A DNA stretch of 64,000 bases from Vicugna vicugna (taxonomy: Eukaryota), in the NCBI GenBank assembly GCA_013265495.1, contig MU058423.1, positions 4,045,061-4,109,060 on the forward strand, written 5' to 3'. Below the pieces are notes generated by a model. That model was given only the letters and a program-made list of their open reading frames with translations. It had not been told where the DNA came from and ran no database searches. Shown one piece after another: positions 1 to 11,600 of the stretch. Position 1 is the stretch's first letter. Each line of letters begins with the position of its first letter. A program made the position numbers and the translations under genes.

Positions 1-543
1 TACTTTCTTCTCCGGATGTAAGATTCAGAGTGGTGTACATTTTATTTCTGGAAATAAGCCAGTATGTGCATGCTTGGTTGGAGGGTGAGGGTGGTTCCTA
101 CAGACTGAGTGATTTTCTTGAATTTTCAGTGGGCTCTGCATGTTTCACTGACACCACCCTGCAGGCTCTTTATATCAGTTTTGATGTGAAGCACCCTTTA
201 CATTAAGAATTTACAGGATCCCCTTCTCCACTGAGGTAACAAAGTGAGGTTTGGATACCACATCAAGAGGAGAAGGCCATCTCGGGATGGAATGGGCGCA
301 CTGTGTTCCCCTGTAAAGGGACAGCCCATCCTGAGTTGCAGAACTAATGTCAATCAGAATGCGAAAATCTGGCTCAATCTTCCTTTAGAAACGGTGACAG
401 GAGACGAGGGGGTGAAAGCAAAGCTTGGTCTTTCAACTTTGATGTAACAATTTTCATAAGGTTCTAGACAGTGAAATTGCTGTGCTGAGATGTGTTTTGC
501 CAAAATCTAAATGCTCTCTTGCTTCTCTCTCTCTCTCTCTAAG

Positions 544-627
544 CCCCTTCTTTGTGCTGTGGGTTTTCTTTTGTAGCTCCTCCAGGCTCCAGCTTTGTCC
601 CCCACTCTCCCACTCCTTTCTGGTCAG
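544..627 (+). CDS. VAV3: VAV3 alternative (cassette) exon between SH2 and C-terminal SH3, 84 nt / 28 aa, phase 1-1
   Basis: (CT)n tract 515-540 and AG at 542-543; donor CAG|GTACTG at 627/628. Encodes xPSLCCGFSFVAPPGSSFVPHSPTPFWS, and the final G joins TG at 2686 to give FWSVLSPK. Resembles the VAV2 optional insert (recalled as ...[28 protein letters not shown]). Confidence 0.8.
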
Positions 628-1221
628 GTACTGCTCTGCTGCTTTTATGTGTCTGTTCCACTCGCTTTTGTTTGCAAATAAAAATATCCCGACTTCCATG
701 TGGCTTCTCATATAGATCCATCTCCTCGCCAAGCAGCCCCTGGCGTCACGTCCTCGCCATGCGCTTTCCCCGTCTCCGTCATCAGGTCACCGTCTGTCCT
801 GACACCCTGCTCCCCTGGCTGTGCGTGTGTGCTCATGCTGTGTATCTCAGTCAGACGTTCTCCGCTTCATCAGTTGGAAGGCGTGCAGGGCCGAGAGGAT
901 AAAGGGGGGCTGAAGCACTCTGTAAAACGAGCTTTCGTGGAGATCAGAAAAGCCAATGTTCATGTATTTCCATGAAGAAAATAAATAGACCCAAAATCCC
1001 AACTTTTGCCTCCAAATCTAAGAGTAAAATTTAGTCCGCTTTGCTTTAAAGGCAGAACATGCCGTCAGTTTGAGCACCAGCATTCTGCCTAGATGTCGGT
1101 CATTAGCCAGAGAATGTAATGGCTGTTTATGTGACACACAGAGAAGTACATGATGGCTAGATAAACTGTGTTTCCTTACAGATTTTTAAAAATTAACCTG
1201 TAAGTCCCAGTGGAATAATAC

Positions 1222-1340
1222 AAGTTAGGACTAGAAGGCCCTTAGGAGTCACCTAATATGACCTCTCATTTTACAGGCGAGAACAACATGGCCCAGAGGG
1301 GTTATAGGGATCTGTGCAAGGGCGCGCAGTGAAGCTGGAG
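1222..1340 (-). mobile_element. MIR/MIR3 SINE fragment (intronic)
   Basis: CTCTCATTTTACAGGCGAG...GGCCCAGAGGGGTT resembles the reverse MIR core. Confidence 0.6.
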
Positions 1341-2685
1341 AGGGGTTTTTCCATCACCGGGGTGTTTTTATGTGCACGACTCTTAAGAGTTGTGCCCCAG
1401 TAATGGGATGGTTTTCCGTAAGAAAACTATGAAAGTGCTTTGTGTCTGAACAGTGAAATAAAATGTCCTATTTTCGCTCCCTTTACAGTTCTGAAATCTA
1501 CAGCGTTGCTATTCGTTTATCTTATGATGGACACCTGGAGACTAAAAAAAAAATTCTGTCACTGCAAAGCCCTGAAAAATAGGCCAGAGCTCCCTGTCTC
1601 CAAGCGGGCAGGCTCTTCTGGAGTGCCATGGGTCCTAACTGCAGCTGCCCTGGCACGGGGAGCTGTTAAAAACCCAGATGGGCAGCTTTTAGCTTTATTT
1701 CTTGTTCTTATACTTCAGTTCCTCTGCCATTTAAGGTTTATAAATCCTCACCAATCCCAAGTGAGTGATTCTCAGAATCACTGAACATGTAATAGAAAAC
1801 ACTTTATAACCCCAAGGAGCAACAGGTAGAGAAGTAAATATAAAATGTGTCATGAAACACTAGAGGTGAACACAGGTACAGCTCAAGCAGAGTTTGCCTT
1901 TCAAGACAGGGCAGGTGAGGGCAGGAAGGTGATTAGCTCCTTTCCTACCATAAAAAATAATAATAATAAATAAATCTGAATATAGCAGGTGAATGTCGTG
2001 TTCATCCGGTGTCTTATTTTTGATTGCATACTTCAGTAAAGGTTTTCTATTAGGCAGTCTTTGAAAGAAAGAAGATAAATGGGTGGTGTTTATGTATTCT
2101 TTCTGTAAAACCTGATTTAAGCTTCTTTACAAGTGAAATTATAAAAAATAACTGTCCCTAAATAGTTACAAAAAAAAAAGCTGTTTGGGGAAGGAAGTTC
2201 CATTTAACTAGAAGTGATGACATGGATTCCACAGACTTTCAGAGCAGAGGAGTTGGTTGTTTTGAGTCTTAGTCGAAAAGGCTAAAAGATAAAAAGCTTT
2301 TTTACCTTTTAGAGATCCTAGTTAAAAGTGAATCACTGTGCTGTCAATAGGAAATTTATGCTAGTTATCTTAGATTCTGTCTCCTTAGATAGTAACTTAA
2401 ATAATCTTCTTTTTTTTTTAACTACAAAAATTAGTCCCTGTTTTGAAGTCCCTATAAAGAATGTGAAAACAGAACAGTGGTTTTTTTAAACTTTGTGAAA
2501 TGAACTTGACTGCAACTGACTGAATTGAAACAGCAATTCTGCTGCTTTCAAGCCCCTCTGCCATTCTCACTGGTCTGTGATGGAATCACGGCCGCGCATT
2601 TTGATTGCATCCATGACATTCATCTGGTTAGGTTCTTGTGGTCAGTAAACTGCAAATCAGTTCTGACTCTATCATTTCTTTACAG

Positions 2686-2837
2686 TGTTAAGTCCGAAGG
2701 TGCTGGGCATTGCCATCGCCAGGTATGACTTCTGTGCAAGAGATATGCGAGAACTGTCCCTGTTGAAAGGAGATGTGGTGAAGATTTACACGAAGATGAG
2801 TGCGAACGGCTGGTGGAGAGGAGAAGTGAATGGCAGG
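2686..2837 (+). CDS. VAV3: VAV3 penultimate coding exon (C-terminal SH3 domain), 152 nt
   Basis: Acceptor tcatttctttacAG at 2684-2685, branch-like CTGAC at 2663, donor AGG|GTGAGC. Translates [50 protein letters not shown], the VAV3 C-terminal SH3. Confidence 0.97.
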
Positions 2838-3456
2838 GTGAGCCGTCCCTCCCCACGTGCTTGTCACGTGAACGACGTGGGCGGGGCAGCCGTGGGTACC
2901 CATGGTGGTGCTGGGGGCGGGGGAGCCCCTATACGCATCCAGCCCTGGCTCCAGAGACGGGGGGTGTTCCACAGTGAAGTTAGTCACACAAGGACAATGT
3001 GTTGAGTGACTATGACAGTGCCATAAAGGTTTTCTTGGGCAAGTTTGGTGGCTTCCTGTTGGGGAAAGGGTTGAGGAGTTTTCAGTTCTTTTCAGTCTCT
3101 AAGCCACCTTTTAAGTCTAGAGTTACATTGGAAAGAGTGGGGCATAGGACCTCTGTCTTTGTATCTTGTTCTGCTGCAGAAACAGGAAACATTAAATAGT
3201 AGAGCAACCTTAGTTTATGTATTTCTTTGTGTGCTAGCAGATTAGAATACCACTGAAGCATATTTTATTCCATCATGGCTATCATTCACTCTGCTGGGCT
3301 TTTAGGAGTAGTTTAAACCAATCCTCTTCACCTGCAGTGAGCATAAAACCCCGGCTTAATTTCAGGGTGTTATGAAAATGACATGCTCTGTTTGCAGAAC
3401 CCTTGAAGTCCCAGATACAAAGTCACGTTGCTGTGTTGGTGGTTTTTCTTTTCCAG

Positions 3457-3498
3457 GTGGGCTGGTTTCCATCCACGTATGTGGAAGAGGATGAATAA
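3457..3498 (+). CDS. VAV3: VAV3 last coding exon (VGWFPSTYVEEDE*)
   Basis: Acceptor tttttcttttccAG at 3455-3456; phase-0 join to the previous exon; TAA at 3496-3498; matches the VAV3 C-terminus. Confidence 0.97.
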   Translation: MGWFPSTYVEEDE

Positions 3499-5700
3499 AT
3501 TCCAATCCAGCGTTGCACCCTGCACCAGGACTCTCAGAGAAAGGATAAACAGGAGCCTGCGCAGCATTATGAATTCACTGAAGGGTGTAAGAAGCTGCCT
3601 TTCTGGCTATTCAGCACCCTTCCCCCCGTCCCCTCCCAAGTCCTAACGCTGGGATTTCTAAAGATGCTGCTGCTGACAGATTAATGGCTTGCCTGGAGCT
3701 GCACAGGAATCAGCCTGCCATGCCAGTCTGTCATCGCCAGAGACCAGGGCAGAGCCAAAAGCCTTTCTTCCCAGAAGAGCCCTGCACACACACACTGGCT
3801 CATGTTTCTTTTTACTTCGTCTAGTCAGACGCCATGAACGGCAGCCGTCAGTAAATGCTTAGCATGTATTTACTTTCTTCTCACGCGCCATTCACCAGAA
3901 TTTCTGATGGCACAGAGCAGCAGCAGGTTGATTTGCCCTTCCGAGCGTATATTAAAATTAAGAGTTCTGCCACTGGGGCGGCTTATTGGAAAGGTCCAGC
4001 AGCACTTGTCTTAAATTGCCTCACAAGGTGGCTCACTGCCTGGCAAGCACTTTATTCCCAGACGTTACTCATGGTAAAACATGAGAGGCAGAGGCTCAGG
4101 TTTGCCTCTTAAGTGACAGATCGCAGGGGGGTTAACTATTCATCTCATGTCCTGATTGTATTTGCAAACTTCATAAAAAGAAAACCTACAAGAGCGTGCA
4201 CAAAAGAATGTCTTCCTATTAAATCTTCAGAACCTCCCTGATTTCTTAGGGTTACTGTGGAAATGTGCTTTATGAGAGAATCTTGGCTGAGAACGTTTTA
4301 GGTAGTTGTCAATAACCTGCACTAAGTGTGGCACTGTTTACAGAAACAGATCAAGGGCTGTGATTTTTAAGTAAGTCGTTTTAGAGAAGCAACATCTATT
4401 AACATACGCTTTTTTCTCCCCCACCACCTCTCCCGCCCCCCCACCCCCCGAAAAATACCTGGGACCTACTTGGTGGTTCTCACATCTCCCTGGAGTATTT
4501 GCAGTAGCACAAACAAGGCTGTTGAGGATTTCTGAAGGAAAGCACAGCGAGGTCCTTTATGCATTTCGGGGACAGGAGGAGGGTCCCTAGACTTTTCTGG
4601 TCTTACAGTGAGTGGGCTTCCGGCTCTGAGACTCTTCCCACCTGCAGGCCATTTCTGGGTGTGTGCTAACTGGTGGGAAGGCCAGTTAGTGGTGCATTTA
4701 TTTGACCAAGTCTTCACTGTTCGTGTGAGGAGTCTAAGTCCATTCTCCCTGGGACGTGCAGAGTGCCCAGTCAAGACAGCCAAGTTGACAATAACTTGGC
4801 CCTTTCCTGATGAAGTATTTTCCCCACGGCAGAAGTCATGTTCTGACAAGAGTCAGAGAGTGTTTCATGTTTGAAGAGAACATTAGAAGCATTAACGTAA
4901 TAGAACCAAACTAGGAACGATTTAGTTCAGAAATTCTGGACCATCTCTCAAGTGCAGTGGGCGTGGCTGGCCTCCTCCCCAGCCCAGCAACGCGCCAGGA
5001 CGATGTCCAGTGAACACATCCCCACTCAGAGACCCTCGTGGGCCAGGACTTCTCAAATAGGGTAGATTCAGGACCTTTACCTCAGAATTATGTAAACTGT
5101 GATTGTGTTTTAGAAAGATTTGCTAAAACCAGTTAAGCTTTTGTATATGTGTAAATGATCATGAAATCGAGCTTTATAAAATGTTCTGTACAGTCAGGTC
5201 ATACCCTCAAGGGGTATCCTGGAGTGGATTCTTCCCTATGAAGTCTTATCTGCAGCTCTGTCTGGGGAGTGTTCCGCCTGTTACTGTCTGCCAGATGTTG
5301 TTCTGGAGAGAGCAGTTTCACACACGTGGAAACACTCCTGCGCACAGCGTTACAGCTTATGCGGTTTCTTTGTTGTTTCAGCCAACAGACCCCCTCCCTT
5401 GCGGTGGCGTGTTGTCTTCTTGCTACATTTCATGGACCTGCGGGTTTCCCGGCAGAGGTTACTAAAGCCCTTTCTCATGATGTTACCGGTTACATCTCTA
5501 TGTTTCATACTCTGTACTGAAAATTTTAAATGCTGCGAATGTGTGTAGATTTCTAATACCAAAGACAGAAGTAAATGTTTTTCCAGATACTTTGTCTTGC
5601 CTGTATGCAGCCCCGTGCAGTAGGGTGAATTAGAGTGGTGTTTCACTTTGTAATATTTTGTAAATATGTCAATACAATAAATAGTTACTACTTGCATTCA
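3499..5700 (+). other. VAV3: VAV3 3' UTR (~2.2 kb)
   Basis: Repeat-free sequence from the stop codon to an AU-rich terminal block with several TGTA motifs and AATAAA at 5676-5681. The 3' end is estimated. Confidence 0.85.
5676..5681 (+). terminator. Polyadenylation signal AATAAA (second copy at 5767-5772)
   Basis: Canonical hexamer preceded by an overlapping AATACA and upstream TGTA (CFIm) motifs, at the expected end of the UTR. Confidence 0.8.
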
Positions 5701-6933
5701 ATTGATTGAGAGCTGAAGACTCTTTCCATTGAACAGTTCCATACACAATTCAACGTATGCCAGCCAAATAAACATGGGCCCGGAAGCCCTAACTTTGATC
5801 TGGTGTAACTCAGGACTGCTGCCTGAACGGCTGTGAACAGTGACCTGTAAAGACATACTCAGTGGTTGCAAATAACATCCACCGACATGCTAACCCATGC
5901 ACCGTGCTTGGCGCCTTCCGGGCGCTAACTTACAGCAACCCCGCAGGTGGAACCCCATGTCGTCTCCGCTATTCAGAGGAAGAAACTGGCATTTCGGGAG
6001 GCTGCAGCTCGACCCAGCTCACGTAACCGGCGGTGTTGGGAATGCAGTTCCCACCGGGGCAGCCTGACTCCCAGGCCTGTGCCGCCGCGCTCCACGGGGC
6101 GGGGGAGATTCGGCACGTCTGTAAAGCGGCATAGCTGGGAAGCAGCGGTGATACACGCCAGCGGTTAAACAGCCGAGGATGAACGCAGGATTCACAGACA
6201 TTCTCCCGTCCCTCTTACCAAAAGAGAACTCAGATATTACCTAGACAGGTGCCAGAAAGTGGATCTTTTTTTTCCTATTTTGATTCCACTTTTGCACAGA
6301 AAATGATGAACTGATAAGCCAGAGAGACTCAGAAGCAAGTGTCCTTTGGCAGAGCTGGCCTGTGCGTTCTTCCCAAGGGGCAGGAAAGGCCAGTTCCCTG
6401 GTAGCGGCTTCTGTCCACCATCACCAGCACAGCTATGCTCAGTAGAGAGTCTCCCCTATTTCGTTACAGTACGGTGGGCTAGCCAGCGTTACGCCCTCTA
6501 CGCGAAGGCCCAGTGCCTTTGCTGCCTTTGTTTTACCCCTCCCCTTCGACATAGTAGCATTTGTGTGACTTTCAGACTTTGTATCAGATCATCACCACCC
6601 TCACCTCCACTGCCAACCGTGATACGAACTCCCCCTTTATTTACTAGTTAACCTGGGACTATGTCCTTCACCACTCAAGTATTTCGTCTTCCATCAAGTA
6701 ATGGAAGTAAAATATGTTGATAATTAGTCTTTCAGGGCCTTGCTCTGTTCTACTTAATTTGATGGCTGTACAGAAGAGTGATAAGAGCAAGGCCCCAGAC
6801 CCTGGACTGCACGTCCGGGTTCACATCTCATCCCTGCCACACGAGGCCTCCGCCAGTCAACATCACAGCAGCATGCACTTCGCAGGATGGTTGTGAGACT
6901 CCGCGGAGACCATGCACATAAAGTGGAATTGTG

Positions 6934-6936
<3 letters not shown>

Positions 6937-6970
<34 letters not shown>
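6937..6970 (+). repeat. (CA)17 microsatellite
   Basis: Seen directly. Confidence 0.97.
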
Positions 6971-6972
<2 letters not shown>

Positions 6973-7139
6973 AAATGAGCTGTTTTTATCATCATTGTGG
7001 CTGTCATTGTCAGATGGATTTGCTGGTCAATTTGGGTAGTTGCTATAATTCAGGCTCATTTATTGGATTAAGCAGCAAAACTACAGATTCTGGATTAGAC
7101 CATCTCTCTAATAAGGAAATTAAACCATTTGGTATCATA

Positions 7140-7330
7140 AAAAGAGTGGAAGTTTTAGCAGTCCAACCTAGGTTCCAACTCCAGCCCTGCCAGTGACTTT
7201 TCTTAGCATCAATTTCCTCTTCTGTAATAAATGATAAGTGTCTGAGAGAGCTGTTATAAAGAATGAACCATAACATACGAAAAAGATGTCAGTAAAGAGC
7301 CTGGCACATAGTAGTACTCAGGAAATGTTG
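7140..7330 (+). mobile_element. MIR SINE
   Basis: CCTAGGTTCCAACTCCAGCCCTGCCA...AATTTCCTCTTCTGTAA...GCCTGGCACATAGTAGTACTCAGGAAATG. Confidence 0.65.
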
Positions 7331-8254
7331 GTCCCCTTCCCCTGATGAACTGATAAATACTTAGGAACCAAATTATGAACTTGCAGCTTTTACTTTGAGT
7401 ATTAGAGCTCGTGTTTGTTTCTTACACATGATTACATTTTGAGCCTTCAAATTACAGATGGAATAAAAGGTGCATGTACAGGAAGATTAATATTCAAACC
7501 CATAAACGATCTCAGAAGTTGAATTTTCCAGCTCCACATTATTTTGAGTAGGAAAATGGGATTTTCACCCGGCTCATAATCATTTAGACTTAGTCCATCA
7601 GTTACTTCATTTTTCACTGAAACTAGTTTTCTGGGATTGGTTAGACTTTGATTAGAAATGTTACGCACGCGCGTCTGGCAGGCTTTGGAAAGTACCCTGT
7701 TATAAGTAATGAGCAGGTCCTGAAAAAGGTCAAAAAGGAATCCTTTCTCTAGTTGGGTGCCATTAATTAGGATTTGGGACGATAGTGACAGGAAAACAAC
7801 TTATCTTGAAGCACTGCCTACACTCTGGCTCTGTCAGAAAGTTCCAGAATTTCTAGGCATAATACGATCACCATGACCCAGACACACAGACCTCAGCGCA
7901 GAAACAGAATGAGTGCGGAGGTCACGTCATGCTCTGTCCTCTGATGGACACTGGGGTGGGTCGCTGTTGAGTCCTGCGGGGAAGGCGAGCGGAATGACTG
8001 ATGTGGGCAGCCCGCCACCTGCTGGCCAAGCCGTGGCCCCTGCACTCACCGAGTGACCCCAGGCAAAGCACACACAGTCCCCATGTCTTTGTCCCTGAGA
8101 CTGCAGCTGTTAACTGGTTGACCAGACTCGCTGTCGGTTCACAAAATCACGGAGCTGGGATTGAAGTTGTTTTTCCTTCCTGGTTCAGAATAAACGAAAT
8201 TCAAAGGCTCTGTCAAAATGTAGAAGTTTTAAAATATGCTAGCACTGATTGTGA

Positions 8255-8339
8255 AATAATAAAATAATCCCATTTGCAGCAACAAGGATGGACCTAGAGA
8301 TTGTCAGCCTAAGTGAAGTAAGCCAGAAGAAGAAAAGCT
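8255..8339 (+). mobile_element. L1 3'-end fragment; its continuation lies inverted at 8430-8561
   Basis: AAAATAATCCCATTTGCAGCAACAAGGATGGACCTAGAGATTGTCAGCCTAAGTGAAGTAAGCCAG is similar to 18160-18230. Confidence 0.8.
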
Positions 8340-11300
8340 GATGTAATTCTTGATGTATTTGTGGGAGAGGGCAAGCGGTGAGTCTCTTTACTCTGCCATC
8401 TTGGTACCTCCCCTGAGGTGAAACTTTTGAATTCCCAATTTATCCCTTCTCATCCCCTCTACCCACTGGTAACCATAAGTTTGTTACCAAACAGCCTTTG
8501 TCAGTTTTAGTTTTTGTAGATGTTCATGTCTCTCCTTTTTTTTTTTTTTGAAGATTCCATATCTACAAACCCATGAATCACACAGCACACCTATTGAACT
8601 TTGGCAGAGTGTCTCACTTCAAAATACAGGAGGATTCTCACAAAATCCAGTAAGAGAAAAACAGAAAAAGAAAGAAAGAAGAAAAACAAAATCAGAGCAG
8701 AACCAGTCTTGTGGGGAGGCAGCGGCAAAGGAAGAAAGGCAGCCTCATGCTGAGACACTCCCTCTCCAGCCAGGAGGTAAGCGGGGGCAGAAGCAGAGCT
8801 TTTGAGGCCCGGAGGAGAAAAGGCAGTTGCTTGGCAGACAGAACTAAGAGAAAATGGCACAGAGGGTACCTGCGGTCCCAGCCCTAGATGCGAGCCAGCA
8901 AGGACAAGCCGGGACTGGCTACTGGAGATTGGTGACAAGCCCAGGAAGAGGGCTGGGGCCCACTGAGCAGAGGCAGCCTCAGGGGACTGGAGGGTGGTGT
9001 AAGCTGTGGCTGAGGGTGTGTGTAGAACAGAAAAGCCCGGGACCCCATAAAAAAGCACCACTTCTGGTGTGTATTCGGGGGAGGGGCACAATGCAACCAC
9101 GCCATAGCCGCTGTCTCCACTTGGCTCCATTGTCGGTGTGGTCTTAGAAGGGAAGTAGGATTCAGTCATAGTCATCACTGCTGCACAGAGGTGGGGCTGA
9201 AAGCTGAATACATATCCGGCAGACTTGCAACGTCACAGGTGGGACTGAAATTTGTTTACAGCCATGCAGAGGGTGGATTTGCTCCACTGGTACCTTTGCG
9301 ATCTACACCTCTGGGATGAACAGGTAGTGAGCAGAGTTTTGGCACATGGTGGGGGCCAGTGCAGGTATACGATGGGCCTGCATACTGTACCATACATAGA
9401 GGTGGGGCTGGGGTCTGTGCAGACCGTGTGGGACACCACGGATTCAGGTGTGTGACTGCATGCTCGCTACAGCATTGGTGGTAACACTGGTGGACCTGTG
9501 CTGGTCATTCCTGGGACTCAGAACCTGGGGGACACCAGAGCAGGTGGCTGACATTCCTGCAGCTAAGGCGGGAACAAAGGTGGGGTCAACAAAAAGTACT
9601 GTACAAGTCTGCATAACAAGTGACAGATCACAGAGGGCACTTCCCAGTGGACATCACCTGCAGAGGTACACTCAGTGACTCTTCTTTCCAGCTGAAGCGC
9701 TCCAACCCTGCCTACCACGCACCACAGCTCAGAAACAGGCCTAGAAGCCTCTATTCCAGCAACAGGGGAGCACACCCAGCCCCTGTCAAGGCTGTGACAA
9801 CCACAGAACAAAAAAGGAGGCCCCGCTCAACAACAACAATCAGGGCAGGCTCTGATCACCACACCAACCACACCCCCAGTCAAAGGGATAACAGCCCACA
9901 CACACAGAAGAAAGGCATGGCAGCCATCCATGCCAGTAACAGCCCTCACAGCAAAACAGATGCACACAGTCTACACAGGAGGACTCCCACTGCAAATAAA
10001 AAACAAACAACAACAACAAAAAGCCCTTCAAGACCACAGTACATTACTGATACTCGATAATCCACAGAGCCAGAGAAATATAAGTAGGATGAAGCAGCAG
10101 AGGTACCACCCCCAATTAAAAGAACAAGAGAAGTCCCCCCAAAGAACAATGAGATAGACCCCACCAGTCTACTAAATCATGACTTCAAAAAGGGAGTGAT
10201 AAAAGCACTGAAGGAAATAAGAGAGACTATTAATAGAGACAGAGAATACTATAAAAAGTAAATAGAAACTATAAAGAGGAGCTAATTAAAAACAGAAAAC
10301 TTCAGTGGCTAAGAGCTGAGCTAAAGGCAGTCAAAAGCAGACTAGATAATGCAGAGGAACAAATAAGTGACTTAGAAGATAGGATAACAGAATCACCCAG
10401 TCAGAACAGCAGGCAGAAAAGCAAGTAAAAATCAATGAAAGCAATATAAGGGACCTATGAGATAATATAAAGCATGGCAACCTATGCATAATAGGGGTCC
10501 CAGAAAGAGAAAAAGGGGTTGAAAAGGTATTTGAAGAAATTATGACTGAAAACTTTCAAAACCTAAAGAGGGAAACAGATATCCAAGTAGAGGAAGCACA
10601 GAGGGTCCCAAACAAGAGGAACCCAAGTAGACCTACATCAAGAGACATAGTATAATTAAGATGGCCAAGGTTAAAGTTAAAGAAATGATTCGAAAGGCAG
10701 CAAAAGAAAAACAAAGAGTTAGTTAAAAGGGAACCCCCATAAGGCTTTCAGCTGATTTCTCTACCCAAACACTGCTGGCCAGAAGGGAGTGGCAAGATAT
10801 ATTCAAAGTCCTGAATGAGAAAAAGCTGCAACCTAGGATACTCTATCTGGCAAGACTGTCCATCAGAGTAGAAGGAGAGATGAAGAATTTCACAGACAAA
10901 CAAATCTAAAAGAATTCAGTAATACTAAACCTATCCTAAAAGAAATATTGAAAGGTCTACTCTAAATAGAAAAGAAGCCAGAAGCTATAGAAACAAGAAA
11001 ACCATAATTGGAAATGTGATAACTACAATGAGTTGCAAGAGAAGAAACGTGAAGATGTAAAAAAAAAAAAAAAGCCATCAAAACAAAAAAAGGTGGGAGA
11101 GGGAAGCAAGAAAATATAGATTTTTTTTTTATTTTTCTCTTTTTCTTCATTTTTTAGGATGTGTTTGAGCCTACATGACTACCAGTCTAAAGCAAACAGA
11201 TAAAGTAATGAGTTAACATACTTGAAAAACAGGGTAACTACAAATCAAAAGCATACAATAAAGTCTCACACATACACACACACACACAAGAAATCAAGAT

Positions 11301-11600
11301 AATACAAAAGAAAATTATCAAACCACAAAAAGAAAACCAAAAAGGAAAAGAAAATAACACAAAAGAAATACTACATCAACTGTAAAACAAAGTTCAAAAT
11401 GGCAATAAACACATATGTATCAATAATTACTATAAATGTCAATGGACTAAATGTTCCAATCAAAGACAGAGTGGCAGAATGGATAAGAGCAAAAGCCTAC
11501 AATATGCTGCCTACAAGACACCCACTTTAGAGTGAAGGCAACACATAGATTGAAAGTTAGAGGATGGAAAAAGATATTTCATGCAAATAGAAATGACAAG

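Noticed and set aside
2838..3005. C-terminal extension of ORF 2685..3005 ([10 protein letters not shown]...)
   Set aside because: Intron read-through past the strong GTGAGC donor; the true frame continues at 3457.
8591..9178. 195-aa antisense ORF in the L1 5'UTR (ORF0-like?)
   Set aside because: Low-complexity product with no recognisable domain, inside a decayed element; ORF0 is described from primate L1s.
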